Positions 1 to 10,826 of a DNA stretch of 64,000 nucleotides are shown piece by piece. The position numbers were made by a program, and so were the translations under genes. Source of the DNA: Paraspadella gotoi. Lineage: Eukaryota > Animalia > Chaetognatha. Position 1 is the stretch's first letter; each line of letters starts with the position of its first letter. Location: the NCBI GenBank assembly GCA_051294375.1, contig CM119267.1:2160793-2224792 (forward strand), written 5' to 3'. The notes beneath the pieces are model-generated. The model saw nothing but the letters and a program-made list of their open reading frames with translations, had not been told where the DNA came from and searched no databases.

Positions 1-1342
1 CCAAAGCCAACAGTGACATTCCGCACATCCCAATGGGATATCAACAGGCAACCCCGGCTGTTACATAAGACCTTAATATGGAATAATTATTTGTTCGTAA
101 CAATCGAGGAAATTTAAGCCATAGAAATACATGAGTTATTACTTGAAACGGTAAAATATAAATCACAAGTTTTTAAATTAGTTTTTATGTTAATAATCAA
201 TTAATATCAGTTAATATCAATCGCCCTCCATATTAATTACTCGTCACCTGTAAATATAATTGTTGGAATCATCCGAAAATAATTGACGGGATTAAAAGTA
301 GATGAAGTAAGCCAGCCAACCCGTTTGCGTATGACGAGATAAGGAAACATGTTTCATTGACAAGAGTGAGAGCGAGACGAAGGACGAGAGTGAGCTGGAG
401 TCGCCCACCCCAAAGTGAAGTCGACGTCTCCCCATGATTTCGGTTCAATGGTTTCGCCGAAGTTGTTTTGCTGTTTTTTTTTGTTTTTTATTTTAAATAT
501 AAAATACACAATACAGTTAGTTAGTTGTGAAAAGTGAAAAGAGTGATTATAAATATAATGCAAATGGCTGAGCGAGCTAAATCATTATCGTCTTCAACCG
601 AGCAAGAAAATGACTTCTTTTTTAAAGCTACAATAACTACAATAAATATTCGAATATTATGGAAAACTAAATTATAATTGAAAACTTTTAAAGTATTGCT
701 GAAATCGTAAAAATATGACTATTATGAAAACGAATCAAAAGATATGAAAATTATCTAAACTGCCGCAATATGTAAATGAGATTTAAAGAACTCAATCTCA
801 TTTGTAAATGAACCAGCAAATTATATCTCCTTCAGTCACAGTACCTGCATCCGACTAAAATGTGACGCCAGTCACTGATGGTCAGTAGCACCTTCCTATG
901 TGAGGAAACACCGCGCCCTCGTATTATGCAGCGGTTCCTATATATAAAATATTATTTAATTATTTTATAACAACCAATGATTTAACGCTCGACGAGTAGC
1001 GCTCGCAAAATCAGCATTAAATTAAACATGTTTTATTTCTTTTGAGTCTCTCTCTATCACTGAATAGATGACTTAAAAAAATAAGGCGAAAAATAATTGC
1101 CAAACAAAAAGTGTTTTTTATTTTACTACGCAACTGCCAATTCCTCCCATTATGTAAAATTATATTTATCATTTAAAAACACATGGTTTTGGCAGAAGGC
1201 TCAGATTTTACTTTTAATTTTATTTTAATAAAATTTTTTTAATATTTTATAGCGTTTTGAATAAATTATTGTTAAGAGGAATCGACGGTAAAGTTTTTTG
1301 AAGGCAAAATGAGTAGAGAGAAGAGAGAGAAGAAGAGAGAAG

Positions 1343-1382
<40 letters not shown>

Positions 1383-1830
1383 TGAGTGAATTCGATGTTT
1401 CATTAACGAGCTGGGCGCAATACAAAACCCAGGGTGATAGAAGGTTTCAGTAGAGGTTCAAACCCGGTTGTGTTAGAGAAAGCGAATTGAATGAGAGAAA
1501 GAGAGAGAGAGAAGAGAGAGGAGAGATAGGGAGAGAGAGAGGGAGAGAGAGAGAGCGAGAAGATGCTAAGAAATTCTGTGCAAAAGGAGGGCTTGGTTCA
1601 AACTTTCGGATTTGTAATAGCCAGCTTAACAGAGATTTATAGTACCGCAAAACCCTTTGTCGATGATTGAATATTTTAAATGTGAGAAATTATTAGTATT
1701 TTTTAAAATTAGTCGGGAATTAAATAAAAGTTCATCATTTATCGCTGTATTTTAGCAATTTAAATTATAAATAAAGATTGATTACAAATTAATTTCCATA
1801 TCTACAGCTAAAAATGTTTAATGATTCTTT
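1..1830 (+). repeat. Duplicate of ~2589-4395, ending at a 25-N gap
   Basis: Sequence is colinear with 2589-4395 with scattered indels; Ns occupy 1831-1855. Confidence 0.9.
248..435 (-). pseudogene. Frameshifted copy of the SLC6-like first exon (probably an error-containing assembly duplicate rather than a true pseudogene)
   Basis: Colinear with 2829-3008 but carries several 1-3 nt indels; lies within the 1-1830 duplicate block. Confidence 0.55.
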
Positions 1831-1916
1831 NNNNNNNNNNNNNNNNNNNNNNNNNATAACGTGAAATGATTTATAGTTGGCATCAAGTCAAAGATTGCAC
1901 TGCGATAACTCCTTCC

Positions 1917-1919
<3 letters not shown>

Positions 1920-1998
<79 letters not shown>
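1920..1998. repeat. (CT)n microsatellite, representative of dozens of AG/CT tracts in the window (e.g. 31215-31320, 32544-32662, 36695-36795)
   Basis: Directly visible dinucleotide runs. Confidence 0.98.
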
Positions 1999-2001
<3 letters not shown>

Positions 2002-2434
2002 CCTTTTCACAGCTCGATTGAGCAGACGTCAGCATAAATCTCATTTTAATTTTTTTTCCTTTTTTTGTTTCGATTTCCGCTGTTAGGGAATTTACATTCA
2101 AAGTAAATAAGGAATCATTATTTTTATTAAGTATTCAATGATAGAAGCAGCGGCGACAACTATGACGACGACGACGACAACGACGACCGGGCTAAACCAT
2201 TCAACTTTGCGGAAATGAATCCGAATTATGTTTTTTTAGGACTCGAATTTCATTTTGACTCGAATCGAAAACTTGACATAAAATCGTCGCTTATAAATTG
2301 AGTTCTTAATATTTTGGTTTTTTGTGGTTTTTATTATTATATATAGTTATACTTAATACAAATTTTAAATGTAAGTTAATGCCAGTTTAGATTAATTAAA
2401 TTAACAGAATGTGGTGGTATATTCACACATATAT

Positions 2435-2650
2435 ACTCAGCCAATCCCATTGGCTCAGAGGGGGAACACACCATCTCGGCGTTATGTTCCATCTACAGTC
2501 CTAACGCCTTCCCTCTGCGTTGGCAAAGCGAGACCGTCATAGGGTAACCGCGCCAGTGACCGGAGGCCACACTGAGGGTCCGAAGCCCCCAAAGCAAACA
2601 GTGACATTCCCCATCCCAATGGGATTCACAGGCAACCCGGCTGTTGACAT
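2435..2650 (-). ncRNA. Putative structured RNA or structured repeat element of unknown family
   Basis: GC-rich island in AT-rich context. The minus strand forms nested stems: AAUCCCAUUGG/CCAAUGGGAUU, GGGGAAUG-U-CACUGUUU/AGAUGGUG-UGUUCCCC, GGCGUUA/UAACGCC, GUGGCC/GGUCAC, CUUUGC/GCAGAG, and a cUUCGg-capped hairpin. Many pairs are G-U. Confidence 0.4.
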
Positions 2651-2828
2651 AAGACCCTTAATATGGAAATTATTTTTTCGTAACAATCGAGGAAATTTAA
2701 GCCATAGAAATACATGAGTTATTCCTTGAACGGTAAAATATAAATCACAACGTCTTTAAATTAGTTTTTATTGTTAATATCAATTAATCAGTTAATATCA
2801 ATCGCCCTCCATATTAATTACTCGTCAC

Positions 2829-3008
2829 CTGTAAATAAATTGTTGGAATCCCGAAAATAATGATCGGGATTAAAAGTAGGATGAAGTAAGCCACGCCACC
2901 GTTTGCGTAGACGAGATAAGGAAACATGTTCATTGACAAGAGTGAGAGCGAGACGAGGACGAGAGTGAGCTGGAGTCGCCCACCCCAAGTGAAGTCGACG
3001 TCTCCCAT
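2829..3008 (-). CDS. First coding exon (TM1-TM2 region) of a divergent SLC6 / sodium:neurotransmitter symporter family transporter
   Basis: Translates as MGDVDFTWGGRLQLTLVLVSLSLLSMNMFPYLVYANGGVAYFILLLIPIIIFGIPTIYLQ, matching the family pattern TW...FPYLxYxNGGxA...GxPxxYxE. It ends at a CAG|GTGACG splice donor. The start codon is inferred. Confidence 0.75.
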
Positions 3009-3917
3009 GATTTCGGGTTCAATGGTTTCGCCGAAGTTGTTTTGCTGTTTCGCTGTTTGTTTTTTTTTGTTTTTTTTTAATATAAAAATACACAATACAG
3101 TTAGTTGTGAAAAGTGAAAAGAGTGATTTAATATAATCGCAATGGCTGAGCGAGCTAAATCATTTCGTCTCAACCGAGCAAGAAAAATACTTCCTTTTTT
3201 AAAGCTACAATACTACAATGAAATATTCGAATATTAATTGGAAAACTAAATTATTATTGAAAACTTTTTAAAGTATTGCTGAAATCGTAAAATATGACTA
3301 TTATGAAAACCGAATCAAAAGATATGAGAAATTATCTAAACTGCTGCAATATGTAAATGAGATTTAAGAACTCAATCTCATTTGTAATGAACCGCAAATT
3401 ATTCTCCTACAGTCACAGTCCTTGGGCATCCTGACTAAAATATGACGCCAGTCACTGATGGTCAGTAGCACCTTCGCTAGTTGTGAGGAAACACTGCGCC
3501 CTCGGTATTATCAGCGGTCCTATATATAAAATATTATTTAATTATTTTATAACAACCAATGATTTAACGCTTCGACGAGTAGCGCTCGCCAAAATCAGCT
3601 AAAATTAAACATGTTTTATTCTTTTTGAGTCTCCCTCTTTCACTGATGATGACTTAGAAAAAATAAGGCGAAAAATATGGCCAAACAAAAAAGTTGTTTT
3701 TATTTTTACTCGCACTGTCTTCTCCATTATGAAATTAAATTTATTCATTTAAAAACACTGGTTTTGGCAGAAGGCTCAGTATTTTACTTTATTTTATTTT
3801 AATAAAATTTTATTTAATATTTTATTGCGTTTTGAATAAATTATTGTTAAGAGGAATCGACGGTAAAGTTTTTTGAAGGCAAAATGAGTAGAGAGAAGAG
3901 AGAGAAGAAGAGAGAAG

Positions 3918-3957
<40 letters not shown>

Positions 3958-4799
3958 TGAGTGAATTCGATGTTTCATTAACGAGCTGGGCGCAATACAA
4001 AACCCAGGGTGATAGAAGGTTTCAGTAGAGGTTCAAACCCGGTTGTGTTAGAGAAAGCGAATTGAATGAGAGAAAGAGAGAGAGAGAAGAGAGAGGAGAG
4101 ATAGGGAGAGAGAGAGAGAGAGAGAGAGAGCGGAAGAAAGATGCTAAGAAATTCTCAAGGAGGGCTTGGTTCAAACTTTCGGATTTGATGACTGCCTCTT
4201 AACAGAGATTATAGTAGCCCTAAACTCCTTTGTCTATGATGAATATTTTTAAATGTGAGAAATTATTGTAGTTTTTAATTAGTCGGGAATTAAATAAAAG
4301 TTCATCAATTTTATCGCTGTATTTTAGCAATTTAAATTATTAAATAAAGATTGAATTACAATTATTTCATTATCTACTATGTAAAAGCTAAAATGATCTC
4401 TTTCCGTCGGAAACAAAAGAACGTTTCGATATTCTTTAACGACAGATTGCGCTTTAAGCTCGCCGAGGGGACGGTATGAGGGTTGTCAAACAAATGGCTA
4501 GCGCTCAGCTGTCAGTATAATTATCGGTATTAATTTTTACTATGGTGTTTGATAATTTTTAAAAAGAAACTATCATTAAATAGCATGATTATTTGTAAAC
4601 TCGTAGTGATATAATTTGTTAAATTACGATTTATTTACGTATGACACATGGACTTCTGAGAATAAACCCAATGAAGAGACAGTAATTATTGATAAGTGTT
4701 AATGACAGAACCGTTCAATATAAGCAGTCCCTGAGCTTCGGATCAGGCTGTAACACCATGTTACAGGCGGGTTAAGCGCCCCGTCCCTCTTAACTGCCA

Positions 4800-4872
4800 G
4801 ACGACCACCGGGCTAGAACCCCGGACCTTTGGGTTGGGAGGCGAATGACTTGCCTCCGGCACCAATGGCCGC
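4800..4872 (-). mobile_element. tRNA-derived (Gly-like) SINE head or tRNA pseudogene; a GC-rich body probably continues to ~4725
   Basis: Minus strand reads GCGGCCATTGGTGCCGGAGGCAAGTCATTCGCCTCCCAACCCAAAGGTCCGGGGTTCTAGCCCGGTGGTCGTC. It has a 7-bp acceptor stem GCGGCCA/TGGTCGT, a B-box-like GGTTCTAGCCC and a CTCCCAA loop, but the anticodon stem is broken. Confidence 0.55.
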
Positions 4873-5164
4873 TGATGAACGGTTGGTGGATTTTAGTCCA
4901 CCATACCAATTACTGAAACTTTTTTTGAGTTTGACAATTCTTCCTGAATAGTAGCAAAAGTAAATAATTACTAAATCATAACACATTTACTTAAGTACTT
5001 TATGAGAAAACTCTAATTTCTTTTTTTTAACGTTTTTTACAAATTGATTAGATAACAAAAGTGACTCGGTGATGGGATTTGATGGGATTTGATGGGACGA
5101 TATTTTGGTTGTCGTCGTCGTCGTCGTCGTCGTCGTTATTCTCATTATCCCCGAGTTCCAGGCA

Positions 5165-5388
5165 ACAAAGAGGTGACTTAATTCACTCCTAAAATGACAA
5201 AGAGGTGATTTAATTCACTCCTAAAATGACAAAGAGGTGACTTAATTCAATCCTAAAATGACAAAGAGGTGATTTAATTCACTCCTAAAATGACAAAGAG
5301 GTGATTTAATTCACTCCTAAAATGACAAAGAGGTGACTTAATTCACTCCTAAAATGACAAAGAGGTGACTTAATTCACTCCTAAAATG
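5165..5388. repeat. 32-bp minisatellite, about 7 copies (ACAAAGAGGTGAYTTAATTCACTCCTAAAATG)
   Basis: Successive units start at 5165, 5197 and onward, head-to-tail with no spacers. A noisy copy lies at ~19135-19385. Confidence 0.95.
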
Positions 5389-5464
5389 AAATTATCAATG
5401 ACATCAACGTCGTTGGCCAATATCATTTATCAGCGATGAGAATGATAAACTGAATAAGCTGCTG

Positions 5465-5542
5465 TCATCGTCATCATCATCTTCGCAAGATATCTATCCT
5501 TCTTTTTTTTTCTCATCATCATCAATATCATCATCATCATCA

Positions 5543-5581
<39 letters not shown>

Positions 5582-8500
5582 TCATCAATCACAGCGTCGA
5601 CATCGTCGTCCCTTCTCGTCGTCGTCATTTCTCGTGTCGTCATCTTCGGGTCTGCGTCATATTCGTCGTCGTCATCTTACGTCGTGTCGTCGTCTCATTT
5701 GGTTCGCATCTTTCGTTCGTCGTCGTCATCTTCTTCGTCGTCGTCATCTTCGTCGTCGTCGTCATCTTCACGCGTCTGTCATTCATCGTTCTCATCTGGT
5801 CGTCGTCGTACTCACGTGTCTCGTCCGTCGTCAGTCATCTCTCTCGTCGTCTCGTCGGTCGTGTGCATTCTTGAAGTCGTCGTCTTCGTATCGTCATCTC
5901 GTCATCGCGTCGTCGTATCTTCGCTCGTCCTGTATCTTCGTCGTCGTTCACTCGTTCGTCGTCGTTCACTACGTCGTCTCGCGTCATCTTACGGTCGTCG
6001 TCGTCATCTTACGACGCGTCATCGTCCCGTCGATTCGTGTGTGTTCTTCGTCGTCGTCGTCTCTTCACGTCTATCTCGTATTCGACGATCGTGCATTCTT
6101 CGTCGTGTCGTCGATCATTCGACGCGCATTATCGCGTCGTTCATCACTGGCGTTATCTTGATCGTGTCGTCATCTCGAGTGTATTTCGCTCGCCGTCGTC
6201 GTCATTCGGTCGTCGCGTCATCTTCGATGCATTTCGGTCGTCGTCGTTCCGTCTTGTTTCTTCATTTCACGTCTCTCCGACGTCATCGTCTCACTTCGTC
6301 GTACTCGTCTCGTCGTCGTCTGTCATATTCGTCGTATCCTCGTCGTCGTCCATCTTCGACGTTCGTCATCTTCGTCGTCTCGTCGATCATCTTGTCGTCG
6401 TCCGATCATTTCGTTCGTCTCGTCATGAGTCGTTTCGTCATCTTTCGTCGTCGTCTTGTCGTCGTCGTCATCTTCGACTCGCTCATGTCGTCGATCACTT
6501 TCGTCGTCGTCTCTGTCGTCGTCGTCTTCCATCTCTTCTTCCCGTCGTCTTTCATTCGACGTCGTCATCTTCGTCGTCGCGGTCATTATTCTCGTCTATC
6601 TTCGTCGTCGTCGTCGTCGTATCTTCGGTCGTCTCTGTCTCGTCATCTTGTCGTCTCGTCGATCATATCGTCGTCGTCGTCATCTTCGACGCGTCTTTGT
6701 CATCTTCATCGTCGTCGTCTCTGTCCGCGTCGTCATCTTTTCGGACTCGTCATCTTCCTGAGTTCGTCAAACGTCGTCCCGTCGTATCTTAATCTTGTCG
6801 TCGTCGTCCATCTTCGACGTCGTCACTTCGTCTCGGTCATCTCCGTCGTGTCAATCTTCGTCCGTCGTCGTCATCTTTCGTCGTCCCGTCGTCATCTTCG
6901 TCGTCTGACGTCTTCGTCGTCGTCGTCATCTTCGTCGTCGTCATTCTCGTCTATCTTCGTTCGTCGTCATCTTCGTCGGTCGTCGTCATCTTCGCGTGTC
7001 GTTCATCTTCGACGTCGTCACTCGTCGTCGTCGTCACCGTCGTCGTCGTCATCTTCGTTCGTCGTCTTCCATCTTCGACGTCGTCATCTCTGTCGTCATC
7101 GTCTCGTCGTCGTAATCTCGTCGTCGTCGTCGCACTCGTTCGTCGTCGCTCCCCGTGTCATATTCGTCGCGTATCTCTCGTCCATCGTGTTCGTTCGGTC
7201 ATTGACTCCTATTCTTCGTCGTCGTCCGCATTTCGTCCGTCGTCGTCATCTTCGTCTGTCGTCAATCGCGTCGCATCTTCGTCATCGTCTGTCTTCCATC
7301 TCGTCGTCGTCCGTTTTTTTCACTTTTGAACGTTCGTCATCCGTTCGCTCTTCGCTATCTTCTGTCGTCGTCATGTCGTTCTACCGTCACTTCGACTCGT
7401 CATCTCCTCGCTCATCGTCATCGTCGTCGTCATCCGATTCTCGCTCCGTGCATCCTTCGCGTCGTACGTCATCTTCGTCGTCGTCGGCGGTCGATCTTCG
7501 ACCGTCGTCATCTCGCCTCCGTCGGTGTCGTTCATCTTGTCGTCGTCCTTCACTATCCGACGTCGTCATCTCGCGTCGTCTATCTTCGTCGCGTCGATCC
7601 ACTTCGTCGCGTCTAATCTTCGTTCGTTCGTCGTCATCTCGTCTCGGTCGTCTGTCCGTCGTCGTCATCTTCGCGTCGGCGTCATCTTCGGTCGTCGTCG
7701 TCTCGTCACTCTTCGATTTGCGTCCGTCTATGCTCGTTCGTCGCTGTCATCTTCGACGTCGTCACTCATCGTTCGTCGTCGCATCTCTCGTCGTCGGTCG
7801 TCATCTGTCGTCTGTCGTCGCGCATCTTCGACGTCAGTCATCTTCGTCCGTCGTATCGTCGAGTCGTCTCATCTTGTCGGAGTCCTCATCTTCGTCTCGT
7901 TCATCTGTCGTCGTCATCATCGTCGTCGTCGTCATCTTCGTCGTCGTCGTCATCTTCGTCCGTCCGTCTCATCTTCGTCGTCGTCGTCCATTCTCGTTCG
8001 TCGTCTCATCACGTCTCGGTGCGTCGTCATCTGCTCGTCATCTTCGACGTCGTCATCTTCGTCGTCGTCGTCCATGTCGTCGTCTCATCTTTCTGGATCT
8101 TGTGTCGTCGTCATTCTTTGCCGACGTCCGCATCTTTCGTCGTCAGTCGATCATCTTCGTCGTCGTCATCTTCGTCGTCGTCTCATCTGTCGTCGTCGTC
8201 GTGCATCTTCGACGTCGTCCATCTTCGTCGTCGTCGTCTCCGTCGTCGTTCCTCATCTTTGTCGGTCGTCCAATCTTCGACGTCGTCATCTCCTGCATCT
8301 TCGCGTCGTCGTCATCTTCGCGTCGTCTCTGTCGTCATGCCGTCGTCGTCATCTGCTGTCGTGTTCAGCTCTTCGACGTCGTCATCTCTCTCGTTCTATC
8401 TTCGGCTCGTCGTCATCTGTTCTCGTCGTCATCTTTCGTCGGCGTCATCTCGTCATCGCACGTCGATCGTCATCTTCGTCGTCGTCATCGTCGTCGTCGT

Positions 8501-8601
8501 CACGGTTGTCGTCTTCATTGTCGTCGTTAAACGTCACCTCCTCGGTCGTTCGTCATCCTCGTCGTCGTCGTCATTCGTTGGTCGGTCGACGCTTCGTCGT
8601 C
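5465..8601. repeat. TCG-rich array, main unit ~15 bp TCGTCGTCGTCATCT with variant TCGACGTCGTCATCT; noisy read
   Basis: Directly visible. The minus-strand unit GAAGATGACGACGAC encodes EDDDD. Confidence 0.95.
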
Positions 8602-8913
8602 CCAGTCGGCTTCCGAGGTTCGGTGCTCAGAATTCTTTATCACCGATTGGGATTAGGAAATTTCAGGGTAAGGAGGAGAAAAGAGAGGAGGAGGGAGAGG
8701 AAGAGGAGAGGAAGAGGAGAGGAAAAAGGGAGGATATATGAGGGAAAGTGAAAAGAGGGACATAGGGAATCGCAAAGAGAGAGGAGGTTCTAAAAAAAGA
8801 AAAGAAATAGAAAGAAAAAAAGGAAAGAAAGAAGAAAGGACCTCATAATGGACAAGGAAGAGGAGAACTATGATTATAAGGAGAAAACGTGGGCTCTATA
8901 TCCTCTATTCGCG

Positions 8914-8953
<40 letters not shown>

Positions 8954-8963
8954 CCTCTCTCTC

Positions 8964-9009
<46 letters not shown>

Positions 9010-9559
9010 TCTCTCTCTCTCTCTCGCGCATTGGTGTAAATATACGAAAAAAAATGTATTCCTCAAAGAATTTGAGCCTTCAGATTCTTTTTCGTCGTGG
9101 ACTTCTCGGCGTCGGCGTCGTTCGTCGTCGTTTGTTATGTCGTCGTCGTCTCCGTCGTCCGTCATCATCGTTCTCGTCGTACACATCATCATCGTCGTCG
9201 ATCTTTCGTCATTCACACATCTGCGTCGTCTCATGTTTTTTTCGATCGTCGTCATCGTCCTCGTCTTCGTCGTTGTTATCGTCGTCGTCCTTCGTATCGA
9301 CTCGTTCATTTTCATCGTCACCTTATCGTCACGTCGTCGTCGTCGTCGTCGTCGTCGTGTCATTCCCATCGTCAGAAATCTAAACAAACGAGTTTCTCTC
9401 TTTCTCGTCATTCGATTCAATCGAAAGTTAAAAAAAAAAAGCCGGATAGACCAGAGTCGCAAAAGGGGAGGGGAAAAGAAAAGCAGTTAGAGGAGATAGA
9501 GTCACGGGAATTGCTTCCCATTTTTTCCGATGGAATTCGACGATTTCGCCCTCGAAATG

Positions 9560-9860
9560 CGAAGAAGGGGGGAGAGGGGGGAGGAAGCGAAAAGGGGGAG
9601 GGGAAAGGGGGAAGGGGACAGGGAAGAGAAGGGGAATGGGGAGGGAGGAGAAGAAGGGAAATGGGATGGGGGAAAGGAAGGGGAAATGGGGAAGGGAATA
9701 AGAATGGGAAAGCGAAAGGAGATTGGGAACGGGAAAAAGAAAACCGGCGAATGGAAAAGGGAGGCGAAGGCGGAAAGGGGAAGGGAAAGGGGAAGGGAAA
9801 AGGTGAAAGGAAAAGGAAAGGTAAGGGGGAGGGGACGGGGAGTGGGGAAGAGATGGGTTG
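9560..9860 (+). repeat. G/A-rich polypurine low-complexity tract (copies at ~20780-21115 and ~22095-22435)
   Basis: GGGGA/GGAAA-rich run almost devoid of pyrimidines. Confidence 0.85.
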
Positions 9861-10826
9861 AAGAATTTTGTCGGGGGAAGTGGAAATTAAAATTCGTGAG
9901 TTGAAGTTTCCGAAATGGTCCGTGACTACGAAATTGTAAACATCTACACCAAAATTGTGGACTTAATTGCAAAATAGATTTTATAGATTTTAAAAAGTAA
10001 GTGACGACGGGCAGACGGCAGACCGGGCAACGGAGAGAGAAGAGGAGAGAGAGAAGAGAGAGGAAGAGTAAAGATGAGGAGTTAGAGAGAGTCTAGAGGG
10101 AGATGAGAGATGGAGTAGTTAGAAGGAAGAAGAAAAGAAAAATGATGAGAGAAGAGAAAAAAGAAGAAATAATTATAAAGAGAGAGAGAAGTGAGAGGTG
10201 AGATAGAGACATACATAATCGGACAGTACTCCATCGGTTGATCAAATTCCTTTTACGTTTAACCTTTAGGAGCTAGTGACTAAAGAATAAACAATTAGTT
10301 ATTTGTTATTATTTTAATAATTATGCGTCTGAATTGAATGCAAATTATAATCGACAGTTCGATCAAAATTTTTATTCTGATCGGACGAGATGATGATGCA
10401 ACCCATCTAAGTCGGAATGACTCGAAAATGTCTCAAAGTTGAACAGGTAAGAAACGACATACAACAACACGCCAATACAAGACATTCCAACGCTTCGTTT
10501 TTAAAAGAGTAAATGTTTTATTCATTGACTTTCGACAAAAACTTTTTTTTTTTTTCTACCAAAAAAAAAATTTGACAAAGAAAAACGAAAAGAGAAAAAA
10601 ATTTTCATTGGAAGAAAAAGATAGAACGAAAAAGCGAGTGGACACTCTACTCCTTTCACCACAGTTCCTTTGATTGCATTCCAGCAAATCTGTCCAGATT
10701 CGTTCCTGGAGCCGTATCTCGGACAAGAGCACGACTTCCCGTATCTCCTCACGAGCTTGAGTCTTCCGTACGTCAGGCCTTCCGTACGGAGCACGTGCTC
10801 TNNNNNNNNNNNNNNNNNNNNNNNNN

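Noticed and set aside
4800-4872. Functional tRNA-Gly(CCC) gene
   Set aside because: The anticodon stem has two C-C mismatches and the D and T arms are irregular; called a SINE head or pseudogene instead.
4872-4920. CTGATGA...GAAAC, a second possible hammerhead
   Set aside because: The internal hairpin does not close adjacent to the core, and GAAAC is followed by a T run without a plausible stem III or stem I.
5165-5388. 32-bp palindromic repeat of CRISPR-like length
   Set aside because: Units are directly head-to-tail with no spacers.
10645-10801. GC-rich unique stretch before the gap, with faint adapter-like words
   Set aside because: It diverges from the parallel copy at ~23020 and has no exact adapter match; most likely a low-quality read end.
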